Positions 1-10,993 of a stretch of 64,000 bases of DNA are shown piece by piece. The notes under the pieces were generated by a model. It was not told where the DNA came from and made no database searches. It saw only the letters and a program-made list of their open reading frames with translations. Made by a program: the position numbers and the translations under genes. The DNA comes from an uncultured Gemmataceae bacterium (lineage in GTDB: Bacteria > Planctomycetota > Planctomycetia > Gemmatales > Gemmataceae), in the NCBI GenBank assembly GCA_963750165.1, contig CAVVPN010000011.1:832001-896000 (forward strand). The letters are read 5' to 3'. Numbering within the stretch: the stretch's first letter is position 1; every line of letters starts with the position of its first letter.

Positions 1-1239
1 GGGGATGCCGTCCGCGGTCGCCAGGGGGTTGACGTATTGCTCGTCGGTGCCGTTGACGCGCGTGCGGAAGAGCCGCGAACCGTCGGTCCGCACGACCTCG
101 TTGGCCACCAGGAAGACATCCAGTTCGCGCACCGCCGGCTTCGGCGTGAAATCAACGGCCCCGATCGGGCGGGTCTGGCCGCCGCCGGAGGCGTAGACGG
201 CGATCGGTTCGTTGCGCCGGCCGGGGTAGACCTCGTCCAGGTTCGGGCGGTGCCACAGGAGCGTGTGATACACCGGCGCTTTCGCGGGCCCCTGGCCTTC
301 ATAGAACCAGCGCGCCACGCCGCCGCCGCCGACCCAGATCGTGTACCCGGCAATGCGCAGCTTGTAGCGCGCCGCGACCGGCGCACGCCAGCCGTTCCAG
401 CTGTAGCCGCCCGCGTCACTGAAAATGCTCGACACCTTGCCGACCGCCTCGCGCTCCCGGGTCGCCGGGCTGGTCGCCGGGGCGCGGCCCGCGCGGACCT
501 CCGGCTGGGCGCGGCCGTCGAGCACGGGGAACGACAGCCGGTCGGGCAGGGTCCCGTTCTCGCGCGGCCACCAGTTGCGCAGGGAAGGCTCGTCGCGGGC
601 GTACAGCTTGCGGGTCGTCTTCGCCGGCCGCGGCAGGCCAGTCGCCACCGCCAGCCGCAGGGCATAGTCGGCCGAGTCCAGGAACCGCGCCATCTGGACG
701 TGGGACATGTCGAGCGCTTCGCCACTCTTGTTGAAGCGGTAGGCCTCGCCGTCCTCGGGCAGCCGGCTGGCGAGTTGCGCCCACGGGACGCCGAGCAGGT
801 CGCGCAAGGCGTTCTCATATTCCTGGCGGTTGAGCCGGCGCAGCAGCGCCCGGCCTTCGCCGGCCAGGGCCGAGTGCTCCGCGGCGAGGATCGACTTCTC
901 CAGGCCCGCGACGAAGGCTTTCTGCCGGGCCGCGTCGGGCCTGGCCTTTTTTGCGGGCGGCATCTCGCCGGCCTGCACGCGGTCGTGCACCTTGATCCAA
1001 ACGGCCAGGTTGGCCGCATCCCTGGGGTCAAACGCCAGCTTGGCCAGGTCGAGCTGGCCTTTCTTGGTCACGCCGCTGTGACAGCTCGTGCAGTAGTCCT
1101 GGACAAAGCCCTTGTCGGGCGCGGGCGGCTGGGCCACAGCGGCTGGCGGGACCGCGAGCAGGGCCAGTGCCGCGAGTCCGGCAAGCCGCAGGCATGACGC
1201 GGCATGCGAAAGCCGTGGGAGTCCGTCGGCGTGCTTCAT
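1..1239 (-). CDS. Planctomycete cytochrome c / DUF1592-DUF1587-type protein (5' part; runs off the window's left edge)
   Basis: Not in the ORF track because it is open to the edge. ATG at 1239 with AGGAG RBS, a signal peptide, CTSCH heme motif, then VQAGEMPP and LLRRLNRQEYENALRDLLG, which are typical DUF1587-region motifs. Confidence 0.8.
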   Translation of the reverse strand, partial: MKHADGLPRLSHAASCLRLAGLAALALLAVPPAAVAQPPAPDKGFVQDYCTSCHSGVTKKGQLDLAKLAFDPRDAANLAVWIKVHDRVQAGEMPPAKKARPDAARQKAFVAGLEKSILAAEHSALAGEGRALLRRLNRQEYENALRDLLGVPWAQLASRLPEDGEAYRFNKSGEALDMSHVQMARFLDSADYALRLAVATGLPRPAKTTRKLYARDEPSLRNWWPRENGTLPDRLSFPVLDGRAQPEVRAGRAPATSPATREREAVGKVSSIFSDAGGYSWNGWRAPVAARYKLRIAGYTIWVGGGGVARWFYEGQGPAKAPVYHTLLWHRPNLDEVYPGRRNEPIAVYASGGGQTRPIGAVDFTPKPAVRELDVFLVANEVVRTDGSRLFRTRVNGTDEQYVNPLATADGIP

Positions 1240-1269
1240 TGGGGGCTCCTGACACCTTGGCCGCAGGAC

Positions 1270-4200
1270 TTATTCGCGTAATTCGAGCGTCAAGGCGATG
1301 ATGACCGGGGCGGTCGTGTCGCCGCCCTGAACGAACTCGATGCGGTCGATCACGTCCGCGCGCCGGGGCTGGATGCTCAGGTACCGCGCTTGCTGCTTGC
1401 CGTCAAACAGGAAGGCAAACCTGGAACCCGGCACGTCGTTGCGCTTGATGTAGTCGGCGAAGTGCTCACCGTTCATGAGTTTGTGCTCCTCGACGCTGCC
1501 GTCCTTGTAATGGAGCTTCACGACCATCGACACCGACTTCTCTTTCGTGTAGGGATAGCCCCAGCCGCTGACGCCGCTGAGCAGGTGAATCGCCTTCGCC
1601 GGGGCGTTCAATGGCAGGCTGACCGATTTCGGCATCTTCGGCGCCCGGGCCCCCAGCGGGCCATACAGCAGCACCATGTTGGGCTTCTTGTCCCCTTGCG
1701 GGTCGATGATCTGGAAGGGGATGCCGTCCACCATCCTGGTCTTCCAGTCCTTGAGCGCCATGCGTTCCGCCTTGCTGGTTTCGGCGTTGAACATGCCCCT
1801 GGTGCTGACGACGTTGGCGATCCGGTCCAGCGGCAGCGGCAAGTATTTGCCGAACTCGCGCGTCGTCAAGAATTCCAGCAGGTCGGCGAGTTGCTTAGGG
1901 TTCAGGTGCGTCTCGAAGCCGTCGGGCATCAGCGACTTCTTCGTTTCCCTGAGTTGCTCGATGTCCTCACGCAGAATGACCAGCTTTTTGCCCTCGGCGT
2001 CATACAGTTCAACGGCGGTCTTGGATTCCGACGCCAGCAGGCCGTTGAGCACCTGGCCGTTGGTTTTAACAACACTCCAGGCCTTGTAATTGCCCTCGAC
2101 ACTGCGGCTGGGGTCCATGATTTCCGTCAGCAGGTGCTCCTTGGTGTGGACCGCCATGCCGGTCAGGTCCGGCCCGATTTGCGTCCCTTCGCCGCTGTGG
2201 ACGTGGCACTTGCTGCACGTGTTTTTGAAGACCACCTTGCCGGCCGCGGCGTCGCCCTTGTCGTGCAGCAGGGCCGGTTCCCCCTTGCCGTTTTTGACGG
2301 CCAGCAACCCGTCGATCACCTTCTGGCGGTCGGCGTTGGGCAGCGCGCCGCGGGTCTTCATGAGGGCCACGGCGCGCTTCTCGGATCTTGGCGTTCGGGT
2401 GGTTGGCGAGGGCCGGCTTTTGCTCCAGCGACAGGTCGGCGAACTGGAGCTTGCCCTTCTCGACGAAGTCCAGGAAGGTCGTGGTCCACTCGGCGCGGCT
2501 CAGCAGCACCCCCAGGGCGGCCGAGCGCACGGCCGGCGTCAGCTTCGGAATCTGCTCGGCAATGCGCTGACCGACCTCCGGCCCTGCGCCGGCCTTCAGC
2601 GCCTGCAGCAAACCCAGGTTGACTTCCGGTGCCGCGCGGGCGTCGATTTGCTCCAGGATCGCGTCCAGGATTTTTTTGTCCTTGCCGCCGGTCTCCAGCA
2701 ACGCGCGGGCGGCGGCCGCGCGCTCCTCGGCACTGAGCTTGTCGTTTCTCACCCTGGCCAGCAGGGTGTTCACCGACTCGGCGACGATGCTGTTGAACTG
2801 CTTGCTGCCCCAGGAAGCCGCCAGCTGGGCCACGGCGCCTTGATCGGCTTTCGGCAGACGCAGGGCCAGGCGACCGAGGTCTTTTTCAAACTGGGCGTCC
2901 AGGGTGGGCCGACTGTCTTTGGGCCAACCCCGGGCGAGCCCGCGCACCACGGGGTCGATGACCGCGGGGTCGGCGTCGGCCAGCCTGGCGATGACGGTTT
3001 TGATGGAATCGACCGGCCCGCCGCGGGCGTAATGCTCCGCGACGATCAGCGCGACGGACAGCACCCGGTCGCTGGGCTTTTTCTGCGCGGCCAGGGCGGT
3101 CAGAAACTCGACGCTGTGCCGGGCGGCCGCCGCGGTGGCCGCGTCGGTGATCAACTTATCGCCGGGTTTGGCCAGGGCGTCGATGATCGCCTGGCCAGCG
3201 CTCGTTTTCTGAGTGGGTTGGTCGGCCATTGCCAGCATGGCGGCCAACCGGACGTTGGCATCGCCGTCATTGAGCAAGCCTGCCTCGATGATGGCGGTGA
3301 CCGACTTCGCATCCCTGGGCAAAACCTGAACGGCGTTGAGCCGCACGCCCGGCGACGGGTGCTTGAGGGCGGAATAGGCAGCCGCGGCGGTGTTGGTGTT
3401 AACGGGGTTCAACATGCCCAGGCCGTGCAGGGTCCACAGGGCGTGAATCGCACCGCAGTTCAGGCCGATCTCGTCGAAACTCTGGTCCCGAACCAGCTTG
3501 ATCAACTCCGGGACCACGTCCTGCTTTCCGCGTTCCACGAGCAGGCGCTGGGCGTGCAGCCGCCAGAAGCGGTTGTCATGTTTGAGGGTGGCCACCAGCT
3601 GTTGCGGCGTGGCGCCCTTGAGCGTCATCGGCCGGGTCGGCGGCTTGTAGTTGTCGGGCACGACGCGGTAGATGCGGCCAAAATTGGATTTGCGCAACTC
3701 GGTCGAGTAGGCTCCGCCGACGCCGGTCTTGAAGCCCGGAGGGGTCGGGTTGTGCTGGACGATGTAGCTGTACCAGTCGGTCACCCAGACGTTGCCGTCC
3801 GGCCCGACTTCCGCGCGGATGGGCGCGGTCCATTCGTCATTGCTGGCGAGCAAATTACAGGGATTCGTCGAGCGGAACTGGGCGCCGTCGCGCGTCAGCA
3901 CGAACGTGCCGACGAGGTGCCCGGTGGGCTCACACACGAACGCGGTGCGGTTCCAGTATTCCTGCGGATACGTGCGGGCGGTGTACAGCGCGTGCCCCGC
4001 CGCGGCGGTGTACATGCCAAACCAATCCACCTGGCGGACCTTGTCGGTGACGGGTTTGAACCGCGGGCTGCCCGCGATGCCGTTCTTGGCCAAACCCTTC
4101 GCGGCCCACCCGCGGACCGACTCGTAATAGCGATTGGGGATCGGCACGTAAACGCTCGGGTTGCCGTTGGCCGTCGAACCGAAGACCAGGCCCTCTTCGC

Positions 4201-5746
4201 TGAACCCGAGGCCCCAGGTGTTGTTATTGGTCGAGCGGATGAATTCCAGGTGTTTGCCGTCGGGCGTGAAGCGGAAGAAACCCTGCTTGAACGTATGCCT
4301 GGCGCCGCTGCCATCGACGACGGTTGAATTGTTGTAACCCTGCATGGCCCAGATCCAGTTGTCCAGGCCGTATTGCATGTTACTGACGCCGCCGTGCGTG
4401 TCGCCCTGGGCCCAGGTGCCCATCATCTCCTTGCGGTAGTCGGCCTTGCCGGTCCCCTTGGTGTCCTTGAGGAACACGGTCTTCTTGCCTTCAAAGACGA
4501 TGACGCCGCCGTTGGAAAACGTGAACCCGGCGGGGATGCTGAGCTGGTCGGCGAAGACGGTGAACCTGTCCATCCGGCCGGTGCCCTTGGTGTCTTCGCA
4601 AATGATGATGCGGTCGCGACCCTTGCCGTTGCCGGAGGTCTGCATGGTGTGAGGATAATCCTGAGATTCCGCGACCCACAAACGGCCCTGCTCGTCCCAG
4701 GCCGTGAAGATCGGCCGGCGGATGTCGGGGTCGCCGACCACGAACTCCACGTGGAAGCCCCGGGGAACCACCATGTGCTTCATCGATTCCTCGGGGCGGA
4801 CGGGCTGCTGCTGCAGGTTCAAGGTGGCGCCCTTGCCGCCCTTGTAATTGGGAATCTGCTTGCCAACGTCCTTGTATTCAAATGGCTTGACGCTTTTGGG
4901 GAGGGCGGTCATTTCGGGCGTCTTGAAGGGCCGGTCGTAAGCAGATTTGGGCACTTCGCGCGCCTGGCCGGTTGGTCGCGGCGTCGGGTCGGTGCCGACG
5001 GCCCAGCGGATGCCACGCTCGAGCAACTCGTGGAAGCCGGGATTGCTCCAGGTCCGTTGGTCGTGGCCCCAGGCGGTGTAAAACACACGGCCCTTGCCCT
5101 GGGTGCGGACCCACGTCCAGGGCTCCTTGACCTTGCCGTCCACGCGATATTCCAGCACGGTCCGGTCTTGCTCATTGTGTTTGGAATGCACGTAGGTTTC
5201 GTCCCAGCTTTCAAAGCCCTTGAAACCTTTCATGAGAGGATGATCCGGCTCCGCAAGGATGGTCCGGAACGTGCCCGTGCCGTGGCTCTTGAACTGGGCG
5301 CCGACCAGGGCGATGTATTTGGGTGAATTGTGAAAGGCATAGGACGCACAGTGAAGCGCGATCAGGCCCTTGCCGCCCTCGACGTAGTCCAGCAAGTCCT
5401 TTTCCTGTTCGGGCGTGATCCTGGTGGTGTTGGTGTAGAGGATCAGGCCGTCGTAGCGGGCCAGCGTCTTGGCGTTGATGGCGGCGACGTTGCCGACGAA
5501 GTCGATGTCAATGCCGCGCTCGCGCATGAGCTTGTCGATTTGCCGGTAGCGCAGCTCCGGCTGATGGCCGCTCCTGTCGCCGAAGAACAGCAGTTTGAGC
5601 GGTTTCGGTTGTTGCCCGGCGGTCGCGACGTTGGCCGGAACCGCCGCGAGCGGACGACCCGGCGCCGGTTGATCAGCAAACGTCAACGCGACGAAGGCCA
5701 GTGTGGCAAGGAAGCAATAACCCATGCGTGCGAATCGACGTTGCAT
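1270..5746 (-). CDS. PVC-type heme-binding CxxCH protein (ThuA-like N-domain, DUF7133/GSDH-like propeller, HEAT repeats, C-terminal cytochrome c); split by a frameshift near 2380
   Basis: ORF 2066..5920 (likely start MQRRF at 5746) has ThuA motifs (GKGRVFYTAWGHD) and propeller motifs (WDEQGRLWV, NNTWGLGF). ORF 1270..2370 continues it with CSKCH, IGPDLTG and SLMPDG. Confidence 0.8.
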
Positions 5747-5882
5747 GAACAATCTCCCAATGAAATCAGGCACCATGAGCACCGGGGTTGCTGTCAAAAC
5801 CGCCTGCGTTCCGAGCAAAGGGTGCAAGGAGCAAAGTCGGCGAAGCGCCAACGAGGGGGAAGAAGAACCGGTGCCGGCTGCT

Positions 5883-8800
5883 CTACCTGGGCGAAATGGG
5901 CCGGCATCCGGGTCCGGCACCGGGCACTCGGCCTGTCTTCTTCTGGGGAGGCGCCGGCGCCTTGTCGCGCAGCGTTTCCAGATAACTGATCAGGTCGGCA
6001 AAATCCGCGGGCGTCAGGCCCCCCTGCAGGCCGTCCGGCATCACCGACTTGCCGGTCTTCTTTTTGCTCTCCACCTCACCCGTTTTGATGGAATGCTTGG
6101 CCCCTGCGGCGTCGATGAGGTTCAGTTCGTCGGCGGTTTCACTGCGAATGACGCCAATCAGCGTGCGGCCTGACGTTAGCTCTACCAGATAGGATTCGTA
6201 CCCATCCAGGATGTTCCTGGACGGGTACAGCACTTCGTCGATGAGCTGGGCGCGGTTGTATTTGGCGCCGACCCCGCTGAGGTCCGGCCCCACATCACCG
6301 CCCTGCTTGTGGACGGTGTGGCACTTGCTGCACGCCGCCCCCCTGGCGTCGAAAAAGATCTTGCGGCCGCGCTCGACATTGCCCTTCAACCGGGCGACCG
6401 CGGTGGCGTATTCTGCCAGCGCCAGCGTGCTGACCTCCACCGAAAACAGCCGGCTCTTCGCCGCCGCCGCGTCGCCGGCGTAGACCTTCTGCAGCTGGAC
6501 AATCACCTCGGCCGACAGCGCCGGTTTCTGTGCCAGGCGCGCCTCGATGACCGGCAGCGCTTCCTTTTTCAGGGCTGTCACCGCCTTGAGACAGGCGGCC
6601 CGTTGATCGACGTTCTTGCCGCCCAACCCTTCCAGGTAGGCGGAAAACGCGCGCGGGTCCGGCGTCTGGGCCAGGGCGTTGATGACCTCAAAGCGCAGTT
6701 CCCCGTCCGCCAGGAGTTTCAGCAGCGGGGCCACGGCGGCTTTCTCTTTGCGGGTTGTGAGGGCGACCACCGCCGCCTTGCGAACCGTGATGGCTTTGTC
6801 CTGCAGGGCGGTGATCAGCGCCTCGGCGGCCGGCGTGCCCGCGCGACTGGTCAGGAGTCGCACCGCCGCGGCGCGGACGCCGTCGTCCGTGTGCTTCAGG
6901 TGCGCCACCAGCGCGGTGGTGACCTCGGGCGATTTGGCCTTGCCGAGCGTTTCCAGGAGCGTGACCAGCTGCGCCGGCGGCAGGTCGGCACTGGCACGCT
7001 TCATGAGCGCCTCGGTTAATTCCGGCGTGATCGACGGCAGGCTCACTGCGAAGGCCAGCGCCTGCACCACGAACCCGGGGTCCATCTTCGGATCGCTCAG
7101 CACCTCGGCGGCGAGCCGGTTGCCCGCCTTCGTGAACGCCGTATTGGGGTTCCGCACCGCCGCCAGGATGCCCAGCATTTTCTGGCGGCTCTGGGCGTCT
7201 TTTTCCCTGGGAACATGGTTCAGCAGTTCGAGGGTCAACTCGGGGTCATTGCTCGCGACCATCGCCTCGGCGGCACCCAGTCGCACCAGGGCGTCAGGGT
7301 CCCGCAACCCCGCCCGCAGCGCACCTTGAACTCTGGCGGTCCCGGCCCAGCTAACCGTGTGGGCCGGCGGCTTCGTCGCGGCCGGCTTGATGTTCCACCA
7401 TTTGCCGGTCCAGGCCGGGGGCTTGAGATCGAGGTCGGCGAGCAGTTTCACGACTTCCATGCGCGTACCCGCTGGTTTCTGCGGGGCGGCGGCGTAGGCC
7501 GCGAGCGCCTCCACGGCGCCGACCTCGTAGGTGGCGCGGAAGGCGAACAGCGTCGCCTCGCGGATTGTCGCCTTGTCGGAGTTCAGGCCCGCGGCGATGG
7601 CCAGCCACGCTTTCGGGTCACTCCGGCCGATGCGGTTCAACGCCGTGAACGCCGCGTAGCGCGCGAACAGGTCAGACTCGTCCAGCGCCGGCAGCAACGC
7701 CGCGACGCCTTGCACGTCGCCGATGCGGCCCAGCGCGGTGGCCGCCTGGAAGCGAACGGAGCGGTCGGTGTGGCCCATCAGTTTGGAAAGAGCCGGGACC
7801 GCCGCCCGCACGGCCCGGTCCCCCAGCTGCCGCGCGGCCTGCCGGCGCACGGACGGGTCGGCGTCGTCCAGGCTCGCGATGATCGCCGCGCGGCCGTCCT
7901 TGCCGGCGTCGATGCGGTCCAGCGTCCAGACGGCGCTCCAGCGTGCCACGGGCGGTTTGGTTTTGTCCTGCAACACCTTGACCAGCAGTGGCACGACACC
8001 TGGGCCGCGGTCGGCCAGGCGGCGCATGGCCACCAGTCGCACGCCCTGGGCGGGATGACTCAGCGCTTCGAGGAGTTCTTCGGTCGTTGCCTTGAACGGT
8101 TGGCCCAGCGCGGCGGGCACCAGCCACGCCGGCTTCGGCGCGGCCTGACTCTTACCGGTGTAGGTCATCTTGAGGAGGCGGCCGACGGGCGGCCCCTTGC
8201 GATTGGACCAGCCGTTGTAGTTCCAGTCCGCGACGTAAAAGCTCATGCCGTCGGGCGCGACGGTGATGCCCACGGGCCGGAATTCCTTGCCGCCCTTGGC
8301 CCGGTTGAGGAGGACCTCACGCTGCTTGATGCGGTAGCTGGCGCCCTGACGCTCGACCGCGAAGCGAACCACCTGCCCCTTGCCCCATTCGAGCATGAAC
8401 AGGTTGCCGCGGTAGGCTTCCGGCAGGGCGTCTTCGTTGTAGGCCACGCCCCCGGTGGGCGAGCCGCCGCCGTAGTCGGCGATCATCCAGAGCGTGTAGG
8501 GCTTGCGCTTCCGGTAGTCGTGAGGGTAGCCGTAGTAGCCGCCGTCCACCATGTGCGTAAAGCGCGTGTGCCAGCCCAGGCCGTCGTCGGTGTTGTCGTA
8601 GGTGAACTTCTCATCCTCGGCGTCGATCGCGACTTCGAGATGATTGCGCGTGCCGGTGGAGTAGACTTCCAGCTGCGTGCCGTCGGGGCGGAGGCGCAGG
8701 ATGCCGCCGCCGTGCAGCTCAGCCTTGCTGCCGTCGCGGCCGACGGCGCCGTAGATGCCCTTGTCCCCGGTGCTCATGTAGAGCCAGCCGTCCATCCCCA

Positions 8801-9245
8801 GGCGGATGCCGCTTGGGATGTGGTCGTTCATCCCGGCCCACGGCCTGGGGTTGGTGCAGTCGATCAGATCGATGCGGTTCTTGCCGACCGTGCCCCCGTC
8901 GTCGAAGACACTGAGCTTGGGGCAATGATGCACGTAGAGCTTGCCGTCGATATATTGCAGTCCGAAGACGGCATAGAGTTTGTCGGCGAACACGGTCCAG
9001 GTGCCGTCGAGCTGCCGGCACAGGATGCGGTCGCCGGGCTGGTTCGGCGGCCCGATCTGGTCCATCGGGTCTTCGGCGAGAAAGATGCGGCCGTCCGGGG
9101 CGCAGCACACCACCGAGCAGTATTTGACGGTGGGGTACTCGGCGATCACCTCCACTTTCCAATCGGGGGAAGTGCTCTGCGGCCCCTGGGCAGACGCCAG
9201 GGAAGGCGCGGCCAAAACCAACAGCACGATGACCCAGAACCGCAT
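5883..9245 (-). CDS. PVC-type heme-binding protein with sugar-dehydrogenase-like propeller, HEAT repeats and C-terminal cytochrome c
   Basis: Start MRFWVIVLLVL (signal peptide). Motifs GMDGWLY and GTRNHLE, many HEAT repeats, CSKCH, VGPDLSG, SVMPDG. The upstream 88 codons of the ORF call run through the REP element. Confidence 0.85.
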   Translation of the reverse strand: MRFWVIVLLVLAAPSLASAQGPQSTSPDWKVEVIAEYPTVKYCSVVCCAPDGRIFLAEDPMDQIGPPNQPGDRILCRQLDGTWTVFADKLYAVFGLQYIDGKLYVHHCPKLSVFDDGGTVGKNRIDLIDCTNPRPWAGMNDHIPSGIRLGMDGWLYMSTGDKGIYGAVGRDGSKAELHGGGILRLRPDGTQLEVYSTGTRNHLEVAIDAEDEKFTYDNTDDGLGWHTRFTHMVDGGYYGYPHDYRKRKPYTLWMIADYGGGSPTGGVAYNEDALPEAYRGNLFMLEWGKGQVVRFAVERQGASYRIKQREVLLNRAKGGKEFRPVGITVAPDGMSFYVADWNYNGWSNRKGPPVGRLLKMTYTGKSQAAPKPAWLVPAALGQPFKATTEELLEALSHPAQGVRLVAMRRLADRGPGVVPLLVKVLQDKTKPPVARWSAVWTLDRIDAGKDGRAAIIASLDDADPSVRRQAARQLGDRAVRAAVPALSKLMGHTDRSVRFQAATALGRIGDVQGVAALLPALDESDLFARYAAFTALNRIGRSDPKAWLAIAAGLNSDKATIREATLFAFRATYEVGAVEALAAYAAAPQKPAGTRMEVVKLLADLDLKPPAWTGKWWNIKPAATKPPAHTVSWAGTARVQGALRAGLRDPDALVRLGAAEAMVASNDPELTLELLNHVPREKDAQSRQKMLGILAAVRNPNTAFTKAGNRLAAEVLSDPKMDPGFVVQALAFAVSLPSITPELTEALMKRASADLPPAQLVTLLETLGKAKSPEVTTALVAHLKHTDDGVRAAAVRLLTSRAGTPAAEALITALQDKAITVRKAAVVALTTRKEKAAVAPLLKLLADGELRFEVINALAQTPDPRAFSAYLEGLGGKNVDQRAACLKAVTALKKEALPVIEARLAQKPALSAEVIVQLQKVYAGDAAAAKSRLFSVEVSTLALAEYATAVARLKGNVERGRKIFFDARGAACSKCHTVHKQGGDVGPDLSGVGAKYNRAQLIDEVLYPSRNILDGYESYLVELTSGRTLIGVIRSETADELNLIDAAGAKHSIKTGEVESKKKTGKSVMPDGLQGGLTPADFADLISYLETLRDKAPAPPQKKTGRVPGAGPGCRPISPR

Positions 9246-9309
9246 TACTGAATCTCCGTGAAGCACAGGGATGAGGGATGAAAGGAAGGACCCATCATGT
9301 TCTCGTTTG

Positions 9310-9464
9310 TTCTCGTTCCCAAACTCCTGTTTGGGAACGCCTGTCTTCCGAAACTCCTGTTTCGGCCGGCGCTCAAACCCAGTTTCCACAGAAAGTTCCA
9401 CCCGGGGCGGCGAAACAGGAGTTTCGCGGAAGGGCGTTCCCAAACAGGAGTTTGGGAACGAGAA
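9310..9464. repeat. Nested palindromic REP/REPIN-like element
   Basis: TTCTCGTTCCCAAACTCCTGTTTGGGAACGCC (9310-9341) and its exact reverse complement (9433-9464). Inner inverted pair CGAAACTCCTGTTTCG / CGAAACAGGAGTTTCG. Confidence 0.85.
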
Positions 9465-9518
9465 ATAGTTTTCTCTCGACTTCGACCCTTCTTCCTCAAC
9501 CTCGCTCATACCGCAGAC

Positions 9519-10088
9519 TTATTTTCTTCCGGAAACGATTCGGTTGGATGGTTGCTTCACCATGTGGTCGCCCCGCCAGTATTTCAGATCGAGGTGGACC
9601 CGTTGGATTCCCTCCGATTTTGCCACTTGGAGCGCAAAATCCTGAAACTTTTGACTAACTTCTGGCGAAAGGCCGATAACAGTTTTCCATCGTGGAAGGT
9701 GCTGGGAGCCTTTTTCCCCTGCCAGTCCTTTCGCAACATGGCTATCGAGTGGAACTTCAAGCCAGCTTTCCAATGACTCCAACCGGTAGTGCTCGCACAA
9801 GTACCGGTTATAAAGACACCCTCGGAAGAAGATGTTCAAGAATTTGCGCGAACTACCCCAATACCTGGCACCTGAAGGAAGGCTTTGTTTTAGCTCAAGG
9901 GTTGCCTTTTCAAGCTGAACAAGAAACTCCGCCTCGGTTCGACATTTGAGGGCAGCAAGGTCAAACTGCTCCAAGAATGACCGTGCTGCGGGGATTGTGC
10001 CTTTTGGCCCCATTCCGCGCACAGTCGAATGACCGATTGAGAGCCTTCCGATTCGACGTTGCAAGAGAGTCCGGAACTTGCTGTTCAT
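9519..10088 (-). CDS. Hypothetical protein, cassette-like; possibly an alpha-helical DNA-glycosylase-like fold
   Basis: 189-aa ORF with lower GC than its neighbours, starting about 50 bp after the attC-like site. Motif WGSSRKFLNIF...LEVPLDS. Confidence 0.7.
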   Translation of the reverse strand: MNSKFRTLLQRRIGRLSIGHSTVRGMGPKGTIPAARSFLEQFDLAALKCRTEAEFLVQLEKATLELKQSLPSGARYWGSSRKFLNIFFRGCLYNRYLCEHYRLESLESWLEVPLDSHVAKGLAGEKGSQHLPRWKTVIGLSPEVSQKFQDFALQVAKSEGIQRVHLDLKYWRGDHMVKQPSNRIVSGRK

Positions 10089-10140
10089 GTTGCTGGCCTC
10101 TGTGCGGATTGATGACCTTTCAAAATTCGCGAGTTGTGAG

Positions 10141-10230
10141 CCCGAACAACATAGCTTACATGCGGGCCACTCGACTTCAAGTCCTCACTACAGCCGTAGT
10201 TGGCCCGTCACGTGCAACGGCTGGTTCGGG
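10141..10230 (-). other. Integron attC-like recombination site
   Basis: Minus strand reads CCCGAAC-CAGCC-GTTGCACGTGAC-GGGCCAAC...GTGGCCCG-CATGTAAGC-TATGTT-GTTCGGG. This is an R''/L''/L'/R' imperfect palindrome with AAC...GTT cores, lying between two co-oriented orphan genes. Confidence 0.7.
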
Positions 10231-10260
10231 ATAATTCTCTCTCGACTACGACCCTGCTTC

Positions 10261-10866
10261 CTACGACCCTGGTAGCACTTCGTGCTGGCCTTGCAAGGAG
10301 GGCCCGGCTTCAGCCGCAACCAGTTCGGAGTCGGGGGTTGTTGCAGTCTCGGGCCTCAGGCTGGCAGCCTGGATGCGGCGAATAAGCAATTCGGCGAACC
10401 ACTGAGGGATGCGGGCCCTATCATTGCTCCAGTTGAGTGTCCCCAGCTTGACGGGCTCCATCCCGGGCTGCGGGGTGATCCTGTTCGCCAACGTGAATGG
10501 CTTGATTATGAATTGTTGCCAGTGCTCGCCAAACGTGGGCGTCAGGTTTCGAGCCTTGAACGACTCAGGGTATCTGTCGCGCACACCCGCTGGGTACTCG
10601 ATCTGGTCCGTGGTCCATTCGCTCCTTGGAAGGCGTTCGGCCACATACATCACAGCGGCCACGCCAACCCGGTAAACGATCAGTACATCACCGACGCGAA
10701 TCTCATCGGCCTTTCTTGTGAATAGGATTTCTACCTCAGCCTCACCGAAGTTCTCTTTTACCGACCCGTTCATGACAATGGGGCGGTCCCCAAGCCCGAT
10801 AGGCTTGAGCCAGAATCGCCTGTTCGCTGCGTCTTCCAGCAATTGATTCAAGCGATCGTTATCCAC
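10261..10866 (-). CDS. Hypothetical protein with EVE/PUA-like domain
   Basis: GTG start at 10866 with GGAGA RBS. FWLKPIG...IRVGDVLIVYRVGVAAVMYVAE pattern resembles EVE/PUA-like beta-barrels. Low GC. Confidence 0.55.
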   Translation of the reverse strand: MDNDRLNQLLEDAANRRFWLKPIGLGDRPIVMNGSVKENFGEAEVEILFTRKADEIRVGDVLIVYRVGVAAVMYVAERLPRSEWTTDQIEYPAGVRDRYPESFKARNLTPTFGEHWQQFIIKPFTLANRITPQPGMEPVKLGTLNWSNDRARIPQWFAELLIRRIQAASLRPETATTPDSELVAAEAGPSLQGQHEVLPGS

Positions 10867-10940
10867 GGCACTTTCTCCACATGGCTGTCGCCGGACGCCT
10901 GCTGGTATTTGCGCCCGAACAGGTAATTCTTCTGACCGGG

Positions 10941-10993
10941 CGGTCACGGTAGCAAGTCCCGGTCAGGGTAGCAAGGCTCCGGTCACGGTAGCA
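10941..10993. repeat. Three tandem direct repeats CGGTCA(C/G)GGTAGCA, resembling integrase arm-type sites
   Basis: Copies start at 10941, 10960 and 10980 (19-20 bp period). Confidence 0.7.

Larger units (their letters stand above)
9465..10262. repeat. 32-bp imperfect direct repeat (9465-9496 and 10231-10262), each copy downstream of an orphan gene
   Basis: ATAGTTTTCTCTCGACTTCGACCCTTCTTCCT vs ATAATTCTCTCTCGACTACGACCCTGCTTCCT, 28/32 identical. Confidence 0.75.

Noticed and set aside
10941..10993. CRISPR array
   Set aside because: Repeats are 14-15 bp with 4-5 bp gaps; there are no spacers and no cas genes anywhere in the window.
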